Below, in pieces: positions 38,081 to 51,304 of a DNA stretch of 64,000 nt; the first letter of the stretch is position 1, and every line of letters starts with the position of its first letter. The notes beneath the pieces were generated by a model. The model worked only from the letters and a program-made list of their open reading frames with translations, searched no databases and had not been told where the DNA came from. The position numbers were made by a program, and so were the translations under genes. The DNA is from Octopus vulgaris (Eukaryota): assembly GCA_951406725.2 (NCBI GenBank), contig OX597819.1:65844001-65908000 (forward strand), written 5' to 3'.

Positions 38081-39135
38081 TGTATCTATGTATCTATGTA
38101 TGTAGGTATGCATGCATGTATAGCTCAGATATAAATACGATTCATACATGCACACAAACCTAACTTACAACGAACATACTAACGCATATCCATGCATAGG
38201 TATTACATAGTAATGCCATTAATAAGCAACCGTGTAACTAACGGTATGAATGGAACACACAAGATGGCCTCCAGCGAAAGAGGCAACATGGGGTGTGTTT
38301 TCAGATATGGCGTTGGTTGTGATTTTTTTTTCTCTTCCTATTGTTTGATATCTTTACCTGTATGAATGAATGTAGCCACGTGCAAATTAAGTCATCCTTT
38401 ATTTCACACTGTTTTGCTCTTTCTGCCCTCTTAAACCTCCCCTCTCATGCTTTTACTATGTCTGTTCCTGTCTCTCCAGTTTATTCGTTCTCTCGTTCTA
38501 GTGCTAGCGCTTTCTTTCTTTCTTTCTTTCCTTCTTTCTCTGTGTCCTCTTCGCATTTACATCCAAAGTAAGCGACCTATTATGTGCATGCGTCACGGCT
38601 TTGCACTTGTGCAAAGATGTGCTTCCATAAACGCGTGTATATCAGTAAATATATGTATGCAAATTTCTGGTTGCGTGTGTCTGTATGTGTGTGTATGTGT
38701 AGCAGAAGTAACGGAAATATATAGATGTATATATATATATATACTCATGTTTTGAGTTCTTTTCTTCCTGTTTGCAACAGCAAACACAAACACACACATA
38801 CTCACACAGACATACGCACACATATACACATACATACATACACATATGTATTTAGAGACATACATACATATATATATATAGGAACGTATATGCATGCACA
38901 CAAAAACATACACATATGTATGTATGTATGCTTGTATTATGTATGCATGTATGTTTGTATGTATGCATGTATGTATGTATGTATGGATATATGTATATAT
39001 CTATGTATGCTTGTGTGCATGTATGTTTGTATGTATGTTTGTATGTATGTAAGTTTCTATGTATGCATGTATATATGAATGTATGTATGTGTGTGTGTAT
39101 GTGTGTGTATGCATGAGTGTATGTATATATGTATG

Positions 39136-39198
<63 letters not shown>

Positions 39199-39364
39199 GC
39201 AATCACACCCAAATATTTGCAACTTTTCACAATTCCCATTTGCGCTCTGACATTCTTCCCTCTTCTCAAAGAACAATAACGTTTTGAACGCTAGCATACA
39301 TACAGAAACCAGCGACAGCAACCACAATAACAACGTCAACGACAATGGCAACACCACCACTACC

Positions 39365-39401
<37 letters not shown>

Positions 39402-39622
39402 GCAACAACAATAACATCAGCAAGATCTACAGTACTAGAGGCTCCTGATGTGATTAGATTGCAAGTGTAATATTATTTCGTGACACTATTTCTATAAGAT
39501 ATGCCTGTAGTGAATCTCATTCAACTCGAAATGCTTGTATGTAGGTGAACATACACAGAAACACAAACAGATATACATAAATACATACATACACACACAT
39601 GCATACATATACATACATATAT

Positions 39623-39677
<55 letters not shown>

Positions 39678-39710
39678 TGCATGTACGTACGTCTACGCGT
39701 ATGTTAATAA

Positions 39711-39818
<108 letters not shown>

Positions 39819-39903
39819 ATATTTATACGTATAATTTATTTGTCCATACATATACATATCAGTATGTATATACATATATATGCTTGTATATATTCATATA
39901 CGC

Positions 39904-39954
<51 letters not shown>

Positions 39955-39957
<3 letters not shown>

Positions 39958-40170
39958 TTTCAAAATGTAACCACATGTAAATCGTTGGCGAAATTTTTCC
40001 CTCCATCTTCCTTTTCTCTTGGACTTTCTCTGTGTCCTGTTTCTGAAGAAGAGCTTTGATTGAAACGTTAAACCATCTTTCTTTCCTTCCCTGAGCGTCT
40101 GCTAATACATTACATGTACAACGTCCTCGCATTGTTTTTTTTTTGTGTTTGTTCCTCGTTTATTTATTAT
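39955..40170 (+). mobile_element. Family P hammerhead-bearing element between (TA)n tracts
   Basis: GTTT-CTGAAGA-A-GAGCTTTGATT-GAAACGTT-AAAC at 40039-40073, followed by TTCCCTGAGCGT..CTAATACAT as in the 45.3 and 56.5 kb copies. Confidence 0.72.
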
Positions 40171-40191
40171 ATACATATGTGCTATATAAAC

Positions 40192-40282
<91 letters not shown>

Positions 40283-40336
40283 TCTGTGTGTGTGTGTTCG
40301 TGTGTATATATATATATATATATACATATATATAAA

Positions 40337-40486
40337 GGACAGGCTTCTTTCAATTTCCGTCAGCCAAATCCACTCACAGGGCTTTGGTCGACCCGATGCT
40401 ATAGCAGAAGCCAAATTCTCAATGTGTCACTCTGTGGGATTGAACCCAGAACCATGTGGTTGGGAAGGAAGCTCCTTGCCACACCT
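40337..40486 (-). mobile_element. SINE family B, 5' half
   Basis: CCAAATCCACTCACA..GCTTTGGTCG..GCTATAG..GGATTGAACCCAGAACCATGTGGTTGG. Confidence 0.85.
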
Positions 40487-41848
40487 GCAACTCTTAATTA
40501 TTAATTTTTTCTTTGCTTTTGAATATGGTGTAGTCAAAGTTGAAGATCATACGCCTGTGAATTACAAGAGATCCAGTCACCTACATTAGAAATCCCGTCG
40601 TCTTCATTCTTCATGATATCTAGTTTTCTCATCAAATACTCTTAATGTCTCGTCAATAAAAACTTTCGGCCGTCTGAGTATTTTGGTCAGTTCGTATTAG
40701 TAATTTTTCAATATTCATCATCTACTTTGGATAGTTGCAACATTAATCATCATAAATCTTCATTTAACTGGACTAGTTGCAGAATTATTCAAGTTAATTC
40801 GTTGGTCAGATTTTCTCGATGCTAATCGATCGACCAATCAATCAATGAATTAACCAATCAGAGTTTCTGCTCGGTTAATTTCGGAGAGATTATCAGCTAA
40901 TTATGACTGGAATTGATCAATCATTTTGGATAAATGATCTGATCAATCGAAATCATATTATTTAATCAGGTGATTTAAGTGTGTTTGATCAGAAGTTTTC
41001 AGAGTCAGTCACTTTAATTAGCTGGTGTGGCTGTTAATCGTTTCTACCCCCTTATTATTGTTATTCTTGATGTTATTGTTGGTGTTGATCTTGTTCTTGG
41101 TGTTGGTGTCATTATTAGTGTTACTGGGGGTGACAACAGGGGTAGGTGGTACTGAAGAGATGGCGGCGCTGCCGGTACTAATGATGGCTGTGGTGGTGAA
41201 GCTGGGCTGTTGCTTGGACTAGTGGTGGTGTTGGCGGCGGTAGTGGTGGTGGTGGTGGTGGTGGTGGTGATCGATATCTGCTGTGGTTGACCAAATACCT
41301 TCTGAACGCGTTGCTGGTGATGCCGATGATCGCTGTGTTGGTGAAGCTGGGCTGTTGCTAGAACTGGTGGTAGTGATGGTGGTGGTGGTGGTGGCGGGGG
41401 TTAATGGTGATGTTGATGGTGATAGTTGCGGGTTGATCGACATCTGTTGTGGTTGAGCGAATGTATTCTGAACGTGACCATCCCTACTTGTGTCCAAGAT
41501 ACATTCCCATTAGCCAGTAAGACCACTTCGTAGACATCGAATTTATTAACCCACGAATTCTTTCAGTTTAAAAACACTTGTGTAGAATTTACGGTAATTT
41601 CTATAAAATTCATGATGGAATATGTCGAAATGGCAAGAGTGAAGGGGAAATAGATACGTGAACCTCTGCTTTAGAGGGGAAGAAATGTTTCTAATCTGTA
41701 ATAAAGAGTATACGGTTAACACGTTTCGCCATTATATAAGAAAGCTCATGGTTCAATGAGCGTTACTAGTATACCTCAAGCTTTAGTGGGTAACTCTACA
41801 CCGAATAACAAACTGTGTGTGTGTGTGTATGTGTGTGTGTGCGCTAAT

Positions 41849-42079
41849 ATCGAACAGTGAGAATGAGTGATCAACACCGCATTGGTGAATTAATATTTTT
41901 TATTTCCGGGTTAACAAGGCTACCAATAGTTTCATGTAGGCAAAATTATCTCAGCAATTATCAAGTCTGCCACATGGGAATGTTGGTACTCATCTCTAAG
42001 TACCAATGGTCTCATGTGGCAGGCTGAATAATTGTTAAGTGATTTCTCTCTACATGAAGCTAATGTTAGACTCGTTAAC
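41849..42079 (+). repeat. Family G repeat with internal foldback
   Basis: Homology to 33338-33462; 41910-41976 is an imperfect inverse of 42013-42079. Confidence 0.7.
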
Positions 42080-42090
42080 ACATTTATATA

Positions 42091-42144
<54 letters not shown>

Positions 42145-42274
42145 TGTATGCATGTATGTGTGTATTTAAATATATATGTATATACATATATGTTTATATA
42201 CACATGAATATGTATATGTATATATATATAAACATAAGATCATTATCATTCAGGATGCTGCCTGGAATCGAACT

Positions 42275-42308
42275 AACTACAAGATTCGAGTTCGCTTCCA
42301 GGCAGAGA

Positions 42309-42365
<57 letters not shown>

Positions 42366-42406
42366 TAATAATAACGATGACGACGAGAACAACAACAACA
42401 ACAATG

Positions 42407-42437
<31 letters not shown>

Positions 42438-42594
42438 TAATAATAACATCGAAAAATGCCTTAGGAATGAGAACCCAGGTTCGAAATTTCCCTAAAATTC
42501 CAGATGAAGACTGGAGGGGATATCAACCGAAACATTGTGTTAACAACGAACAAGATGAAGGCAAATATCCGTCAAATGTAAATAATGTAAATAA
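42275..42594 (+). mobile_element. SINE family E, 5'-truncated, with inverted 5' duplication
   Basis: GAGTTCGCTTCCAGGCAG..CCTGAATAAT, trinucleotide spacer, CATCGAAAAATGCCTTAGGAATGAGAACCCAGGTTCGAAATTTCC, degenerate hammerhead. Confidence 0.85.
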
Positions 42595-42920
42595 TATTTG
42601 CAACATTATTCATAAAAGACACAATGCTGGAAACATAGCAAAATAAACATTTTAAATCGAGGTTGAAACGACAGATTATGTTTCATGAGAGCTTCATCTG
42701 GCGTTTTATCAAAATCCTAACAAAAAGCGTTTATAAAAATATTGCTTATATACGTTTTTCGCATTACATTGGGTTATATAAGCAATGTGTTTGAAAGAGC
42801 TTTTCTTTTAAAGATTTTGATAAGTCGCCAGTTGAAACCACGAAAATTGTAACCGGCTGCATAAGGGTGTGCGTGTGTGTATGTATTTGAGTGTGGGTGT
42901 GTTTGGGGGTCGTGGTTTTT

Positions 42921-42959
<39 letters not shown>

Positions 42960-43480
42960 TGAGTCAGTGTGTGTGGATAGATAGATAGATCGAGAGAAGA
43001 GATAGATAGATAGATTGAAACATACATACATACATACATACATACATACAGGCATACATACATACAGGCATACATACATACATACATACATACATACATA
43101 CATACATACATACATAGGTAGAGAGACAGCGACAGAGACAGCCAGATAGACAGACAGACAGATAGATAGATAAATAGGTAGCGACAGAAGCAGTATTAAT
43201 ACTGAAAGTAATATTTTCCACCACCTAAATGTGGATGTTATATTAGAATACAGAATACTGCGATACTTGCCAAGGGAGAACCTCTTACACCGACTTATGA
43301 TGCATATAAGCACTCGTGTTTATATCGCTAGCGGAAGATATTCCTCCGCCACTGCTGCCCCTACCACCCCTACCACCAGGTCACGTAATTTTGGCCTTCA
43401 TCAGCTATGACATAGGTGTATGCATGCTGTATATATATATATATATATACGCGAGAATGAAGCAACAAGAATGGATAGGT

Positions 43481-43566
43481 TTTTAGTACAATCGTTTCAT
43501 ACAAGGACAGGTTTTATTAAAAGTTGCAAAAATTACAGCATATAAACTCGTACTCATCAGCTAAAA
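43481..43566 (-). ncRNA. Type I hammerhead ribozyme (inverted copy, 5-nt deletion in stem II)
   Basis: TTTTAG-CTGATGA-GTAC...GTAT-GAAAC-GATT-GTA-CTAAAA on minus strand. Confidence 0.75.
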
Positions 43567-44558
43567 TACATGTGAGTTCTCTAGACATCCTAGTGGTTGA
43601 GGCTATACTCATGAAGTAATGTAGATAATTAAGTAACATAAACAGATTTCAAAAGTTCATTAAAGTTCTTTAAAGATGATGTACAGTCTTATCACAGAAT
43701 TTTAAAAAAAGTCTTAATAGCATCACAGAGAAGGTGACCCAATCCATAGTGCACATATGAATTTCCAGAGATATGATGAGGGATTACATACTCACAGAAG
43801 ACAAATTTATCCATTGTTAATTACAACGAGGTGGGTTTCAATTCCTGCTTATTAGCATTACAGAGAGGGTGAATTAATCATTTGTATAGATGCACAATTT
43901 CCAATGGTGTAGGTGTAAATTTCCAAGGAATTTCATATTCACAGGCGATAAATTTATCAATGGTTGAACACAATGAGGTAGGTATCAATTCTTGCTATAT
44001 GATTAGGTATCTGCCACATTAATCACATTACTGCTATTTACAAGAGGCTGTAGCTATTTAACTTTTAAAGGCTGAAGGGCTTACTAGAGCTGTATAGAAT
44101 AGAAAAGGGAAGGGCATAGAAGAAAAGAGAGAAAATAAAGAGAGAAAATAAAAGAGGAGGGAGCAAAAAGGGGGGGAAGGGGGACTCAAAGAGAAGAGAA
44201 AAGGAAAAAGAGAATAAGAAGAAGAAAAAGAAAAAAGAGAAAAGAGAAAGAAATAGGGAAGGAAGGGAAAAAAAGAAAAAGAAGAAAAAAAGAAAAAAGA
44301 AGAAAGAAGAAAGAAAAAGAAAAAAGAGGGTTCTAGTTATACAGAAGAATTAGTAGACGACAAGTCTGGTTTTAATTTACAGGCATCTAGGAATTAGAGG
44401 AGAATATTATTCTTTGACCAGTTAAAACAGCTAATTTATTGCTGTTGAAATCAGCTATGAATTTAAAGAGAATCTAAAGAGATAACACAGTTAGGGGTTT
44501 CAGGGTCAGATGCTAAAATTACCAGAAAATACATTAGGGAAAACTAGGTATAATCTTA

Positions 44559-44649
44559 TTTTAGCTGATGAGTACGGGACGAGTTTATATGCTGTAATTT
44601 TTGCAACTTTTAATAAAACCTGTCCTTGTATGAAACGATTGTACTAAAA
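44559..44649 (+). ncRNA. Type I hammerhead ribozyme, canonical core, long stem II
   Basis: TTTTAG-CTGATGA-GTACGGGAC...GTCCTTGTAT-GAAAC-GATT-GTA-CTAAAA; 6-bp stem I; GUA triplet ending at 44643. Confidence 0.85.
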
Positions 44650-44796
44650 ACCTATCCATTCTTGTTGCTTCATTCTCGCTTATAATCACCCCACATTACT
44701 GTATTGTTAAATCAGTATAGTTTTTTTTGGTGCATCTAAGTTAGGTACCATATTCAAGTAAATTCATTTAAATTAACTTGAATCTTTATTGCTTTT

Positions 44797-44861
<65 letters not shown>

Positions 44862-45166
44862 ATATATATCACAGCTATGCGGGCTATATATGCGACAGTC
44901 ATTTAAGTAGAGTAAAGTATAATAGAGTAAATTGTTGGTATACAATAGGCTACGAATCGTTTCGTGCACATCAAAGATCACATCACACATCACGCCCCCG
45001 AGACAATATTGCGGAAACGATGGGTGTTCAGTTTTTATGCAATTATCATATAATAACTGCACGAAATTGTCATAATCGAATGTATAACGAGAGTTTTCTT
45101 TTTCAACAAATATGTGCGTGTGTATGTGTGTGTGTGTTTGTGTGTGTGTTTGTGTGTGTGTGTTTA

Positions 45167-45213
<47 letters not shown>

Positions 45214-45224
45214 ATATATATATA

Positions 45225-45390
45225 TATTCTATCCTTTTTTTCTCTCCTTGTTTTCTGTGTCCCTTTCTGTAGAAGAGCGTAGGCTCGAAACGTAAAAGAC
45301 TTTTTCTATTCCTGAGCGTTATACTAACACATCTGTTTGTTTTGTACATCACCTGTCTTCGTCTTTTGTCTTTTTCGTAAACTCTCCCTA
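45225..45390 (+). mobile_element. Family P hammerhead-bearing element between (TA)n tracts
   Basis: CTTT-CTGTAGA-A-GAGC GTAG GCTC-GAAACGTA-AAAG at 45263-45298. Confidence 0.75.
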
Positions 45391-45410
45391 TATATATATG
45401 TTCTTTTATT

Positions 45411-45606
45411 CTTTCGTTTCGGTAATTTGGCTGCAGCGATGCTGGAGCACCACCTTTAGTCGAGCAAATCGACCCCAGGAATTATTCTTTGTAAGCCTAG
45501 TACTTATTCCCTTGGTTCCTTTTGCCGAAACGCTAAGTTACGGGGACGTAAACACACCATCATCCATTGTCAAGTGATATCGGGTCAAACACAACACACA
45601 AACATA

Positions 45607-45643
<37 letters not shown>

Positions 45644-45855
45644 ACACACACACACACACTCATATATGTAAATATATATATACACATATATACGACAAGC
45701 CTCTTTCAGTTTCCGTCTACCAAATCCACTCACAAGGATTTGGTCGGCCCATGGCTATAGTAGAAGACACTTGCCCAAGGTGACACGCAGTTGGTCTGAA
45801 CCCGGAACCATGTGGTTGGTAAGCAAGCTACTTACCACATAGCCACTCCTGTGCC
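45411..45855 (-). mobile_element. SINE family B, full-length
   Basis: Tail ATGCTGGAGCACC through head CTTACCACATAGCCACTCCTGTGCC; CORE-like AAGACACTTGCCCAAGG. Confidence 0.92.
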
Positions 45856-45899
45856 TATATATATATATACATACATATGTGACAATTAGATGATTGTCA

Positions 45900-45962
45900 T
45901 AATAAAACTCAGAGTTTCGGATACCGGGGCTGAAGTCTGCTCCGGCATCTCATCAGTTATTA
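45900..45962 (-). ncRNA. Type I hammerhead ribozyme, canonical core
   Basis: TAATAA-CTGATGA-GATGCCGG..CCGGTATC-C-GAAA-CTC T GAG-TT-TTATTA; 6-bp stem I, 8-bp stem II, GUU triplet. Confidence 0.8.
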
Positions 45963-46775
45963 ATATAAACAAAAACGTTATGAATGAAAAACACCGTTGA
46001 ATAAAGGGAAATTATTACATTAGGCGTGGGGAAAGTAAAACTTCGTTCATAGAATCTGCATATGCACACATATACATACACGCACACGCACACACAAGTG
46101 TGTATATATATATACATACTCACCCACGCGTGTACATATACATAAAGACACACACACACATATATATATATATATGTCTATACATATGTAAACATACATA
46201 CGTACATACAATACACGCATACATGCACATACACACACATACATATACCCATGCACGCATCATTACTTCCATATATGCACATACACATACATACGTGGAT
46301 ATACAAAACGTAGTGTATACGCATATGCACATACATACGTCGACAGACATATATACAAATAGAAACACATACACAAAAATATAAGCTGTAAAAACATTCA
46401 CATTTGCCTGAGAACTTGAAAATACTTCTGATTCATATATGTGTGTACACACATACAAACTCCTGTCTGTCAAACACATTTACACCTGCAGATATATAAG
46501 CGTATATACATACGTATATGTATGAAGGAATGAGACAAGTACAACAGGTAGAGTTTTACACTCCTAGATATATATAATCATTTGTACACATGTATATATG
46601 CGCGCACATACACATCTGATATATACTGCACACGTATATAGTTACACAATTATAAAGGGTAAAAAATAATATACAGAAAAAATATATAAAGCAATAAAAA
46701 ATATATAAGAAATTTGTAAGAAATGAAAGGCTTGTATGTGGACATCATATTAAACGCAGGTTCTATATGTGATCT

Positions 46776-46829
<54 letters not shown>

Positions 46830-46894
46830 TATAAACGGCGGTGCATCAGCATGGCCGCAGCTCTGAGCTGAAACAAGAAAAACGAAAAACGAAA

Positions 46895-46982
46895 TATATG
46901 TATATATATGCATCATATACATATATAGTTGTGTATATGCATATATTTATTTCTCTTTCATTTATATGGATATGTGTGTGTG

Positions 46983-47030
<48 letters not shown>

Positions 47031-47090
47031 TTTGTAGGTATATGTGTATGAAGTTGGGTAAATTAATACCTGGTTAGCTAAATAAATTTA
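46895..47090 (-). repeat. Inverted paralog of 27890-28295 lacking the SINE C insertion
   Basis: GCATCATATACATATATAGTTGTGTATA and TATGAAGTTGGGTAAATTAATACCTG are reverse complements of the flanks of the 27941-28173 SINE. Confidence 0.75.
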
Positions 47091-47584
47091 GTGAATTGTT
47101 ATATAGAGCCTGAATTTGAGATTTGTATAACAAACAAACATATGGCAGAAATGATATTGAACTAGTAAATGAAATTTATCAGTAGGAAATAAGAACAGCC
47201 TTAATTATGGAGGAAAATCGAAGCTATCAGAAAACACTTAAGCGTTATGAAGCAAGTTTGATAGCTACTCTTTGGATGGCGAAAATTATGGAAGAAAATC
47301 ACGACCAAGATAGAAATTTTAAACATAACGTATGATTACAATGACGTGATTATCTATTAATATTTAAATCAAAAAAGAAGAAAAATTACAAGTATTACTT
47401 ACACGATTTCAGATATAAATATACGGCCAATTTCCGTACCGTGCAAATAGCCTTTTCATATCAGAAATTACATTCAGAAAGATTTGGAGGAATGTATAGA
47501 TATAGTAGAAGACATTGGGTCAATATGGAAAACTTTGAAGTCAATGTCAAAACTATTTTGTTAACAAATTATATATATATAATT

Positions 47585-47719
47585 TGGCTGTGTGGTAAGT
47601 ATATTGCTAACCAACCACATGGTTGCGGGTTCAGGGCAAGTGTCTTCTGCTATAGCCCCGGGCCGACCAATGCCTTGTGAGTGGATTTGGTAGACGGAAA
47701 CTGAAAGAAGACTGTCGTA

Positions 47720-47795
<76 letters not shown>

Positions 47796-47999
47796 TTTGT
47801 GCGTCTGTGTCTGTCTCCCTAGCATTGCTTGACAGCCGATGCTGGTGTGTTTACGTCCCCGTCACTTAGCGGTTCGGCAAAAGAGACCGATAGAATAAGT
47901 ACTGGGCTTACAAAGAATAAGTCCCGGGATCGATTTGCTCGACTAAAGGCGGTGCTCCAGCATGGCCGCAGTCAAATGACTGAAACAAGTAAAAAAAAA
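47585..47999 (+). mobile_element. SINE family B
   Basis: TGGCTGTGTGGTAAG head, GGGCAAGTGTCTTCT, tail GGCGGTGCTCCAGCATGGCCGCAGTCAAATGACTGAAACAAGT. Confidence 0.92.
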
Positions 48000-48102
48000 T
48001 ATACACACATACGTACAAATATATGTGTAGTTATATACGTATGTATGTATGTATGTATGTATGTATGTATGTATATATATATGTATGTATGTATGTATGT
48101 AT

Positions 48103-49190
48103 AAGCCCAGCAAAAGTCACCAGTGGTGTCCCTCGGGAGATTGTTTGGGCCCGCTTCTCTTTATAGTCTGTATAAACGATCTTTCCACTGAAAAACAGCA
48201 AAGTGAAAATATACACTGATGACTACAAGCTCCATAAAATTATCAATGGAGAAGACTGGACTGAACTCCAGTCTGATCTACACGCTGTGAGTCAATGGGA
48301 AAACAAAAACAAAATACAGGTAAATGAGGGACAATTTGAGCTGATGCATTTTGGAAAAAAGACTATTCTAAAACAGCCATACTCTCTTCCTTCAGGGGAA
48401 CCACACGCAACATTTGATAATATCAGAGACTTGGGAGTAATTGTTCAAAATAACCTCAGCTGGAGTGCACACATCAACAATAAGGTTGATATAACTCGTA
48501 GGATGAGCTCCTGGATCATTACAACCTTCCGGTCCAGAGAATAAGCTGTCATCATTCTTCTTTTCTTCTCCTTTGTACTGCCACACCTCGAATACTGCTT
48601 CTCCCCATACAAAACAAAACATTTCAGAAATCGAATCACCCAGAGGACATTTATTAAAAGAATCAAGAGCATGACTGATCTCGATTATTAGGACCGCCTT
48701 AAAGCATTGAAACTTTATTCTCTCCAATGCCGCCGTGAGCGATACAGTATTTGCACGATGTGGATAATATACCACCAGCATTGCCCAAATGACCTCAATA
48801 TTAGTTTCAACATTCATCCAAGACTAGGACCACGGGCCATACACCCCTTATCCAATACAAGATCACAGCACATAAAAACACTGCAACACAATTTCTTTTC
48901 CTCAACAGGTCCTCTCTCATTTAACATTGTCCCGAAACAGATCAAAGAGTTAAAGGATTCCGTCACATTTATATGGAATCTGAACAAATTTCTTCAGGGA
49001 ATACCAGAATATGCTACCTATACCTGGATAAAACTCGCTCAATAAGAGCTCCTTACTCGAATGGACTATGATACCACAAAACTTGCCCTAAAATGATTTA
49101 CCTCATCCTATCCGGTGGTACTATTAAGTTAGACATGGCCAGGACCAATCTTTGGTCGAAACGTATCTCAGTTATCTAATGTATCTAAGC
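48103..49190 (+). mobile_element. CR1/L2-like LINE, 5'-truncated, decayed reverse transcriptase
   Basis: Frameshifted segments KVTSGVP, LGPLLFIVCINDL, KIYTDDYKL (YADD motif), DLGVIVQNNLSWSAHI, VLPHLEYC, RLKALKLYSLQCRRERY; 3' stem-loop. Confidence 0.93.
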
Positions 49191-49212
49191 TGATATGTGT
49201 GTGTGTGTGTGT

Positions 49213-49297
<85 letters not shown>

Positions 49298-49631
49298 TAC
49301 ATACATAAAAGTACATATATATATATATATGCACATATAAATACATACATATACAGATAAATATATATACATATATGTGTATATATATGTATATATATAT
49401 AGATAGATTGATAGATATAGACACACACATATGCGCATGCACACACACGCGCATACGCACACGCACAAACACATACGCACACACACGCATGCGCACACAC
49501 GCATATATATATGTATATATATATTCCATGCTATACACATCGTTTTATCCCATAGAATGGAAGAATTAATATATTCTCCGATTCCCATTATTAAAATCGG
49601 TATAGAGAGAGCGAGAAAGAGAGACAGAGAA

Positions 49632-49710
<79 letters not shown>

Positions 49711-50221
49711 ATGAGTGAAGGAGAGAGTAACAGAAGTATGGAGAAGAAGATAGCAATAGAAAAAAAAACAACACCGAAGAGCGTAGAACAACTATAATCA
49801 TGTTTTAATGATGACGGTTCCATTTTCTTTTTCCTTCTCACTTTCCAAATTGCTCACGTTTCATGACAATGTATCCTATTTTATTTAACTAGTTATTGTG
49901 ACTGCTGTCGGGGTTTCTGGTTGCTGATCTTTTTCATATTCTGCTTGTTTTGGAGCGATAGTTGGGTTTTTTTTTTGTTGCTTTTGGGGTTTTTTTTTTC
50001 TTTTCTTATTGACTTAGATTTCTTTCTAAGGAAAGAACTGGTGTTGCTATTATTGACGCTGTGTTCATGTCATTTATTTTTGTAGATTTGCTATCTCTCT
50101 ATGTGCGTGCGCACGTGCGTGTGTATGTGTGTGTATGTGTGTATGTTCATAGTGTATGTCTGTGTGTGGATGCGGTCGGTAAACGATGTTCCTACGCTTT
50201 ATTTCGTTCTAGAACAGCCAC

Positions 50222-50280
<59 letters not shown>

Positions 50281-50448
50281 GCAGATTGCAAAAGACATTA
50301 GTATCTATTAAATATGGAATATACTACAAAGTATACAACACTGACAACGTTAACTACATTTTGAAAGCACACACAGTACCAAACAGAAGCTAAGTATACT
50401 CATACAGTCAAGCTCAGATGATTATGAATGTAAGTTTATATATATATG

Positions 50449-50482
<34 letters not shown>

Positions 50483-50863
50483 CGTAGATAGATATATAGA
50501 TAGAGAGAGAGAGAGAGATAAATAGGTGTGTTTATATATATATACATACATATATATATATATTTATATGCTATATATATTTATATAGATATATAGGTAT
50601 GTACATGTGTAGACACACACAAACACCTATGCACATATGTAGACACACACAAATGCATATGTACATATATTTGTATGTGTGTCGATATATGTATATACAC
50701 ATATATATATATATATTTATTTATTTATTTATACACACACACATTTATGCCTATATTTATATATGTGCCTATGTATATGTCTATATATATATATATATAT
50801 ATTCACATATGTATATGTATGTGTGTATATATATGCATATATATATATATATACATACATTCA

Positions 50864-50895
<32 letters not shown>

Positions 50896-50899
50896 CATA

Positions 50900-51025
50900 C
50901 ATGCATATATGTATATATATATATATATGCATATATGTATATATATATGCATATATGTATATATATATGCATATATGTATATATATATGCATATATGTAT
51001 ATATATGCATATATGTATATATATA

Positions 51026-51030
<5 letters not shown>
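50900..51030. repeat. ~18-20-bp minisatellite (ATATATATGCATATATGTAT)n
   Basis: About six tandem units visible. Confidence 0.85.
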
Positions 51031-51074
<44 letters not shown>

Positions 51075-51264
51075 CACATATGACGATGATAAAGTGTAAA
51101 TACATACGAGAAAGGAACTTCTTTGAGGGAATCATAAGTAAAAAATATAAATGGCGTCCGGAAAATTAACGAGAAAAAAAATCAAACAAGTAATGGATGT
51201 AAGAAAGATTTCTTTCATAGCTGAAAGGTAAAAAAAAGTACAGAAATGTATATTAATAGAATGA

Positions 51265-51304
<40 letters not shown>

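Larger units (their letters stand above)
43451..44798 (+). mobile_element. Penelope-like/retrozyme-like element with inverted terminal duplication, between (TA)n tracts
   Basis: 43451-43568 is the reverse complement of 44557-44679 apart from a 5-nt indel; both arms contain a hammerhead; no ORF. Confidence 0.75.

Noticed and set aside
49133-49165. Hammerhead at the CR1/L2 3' end (GACCA ATCTT TGGTC GAAACGTA)
   Set aside because: No CUGANGA upstream; better explained as the LINE 3' recognition stem-loop
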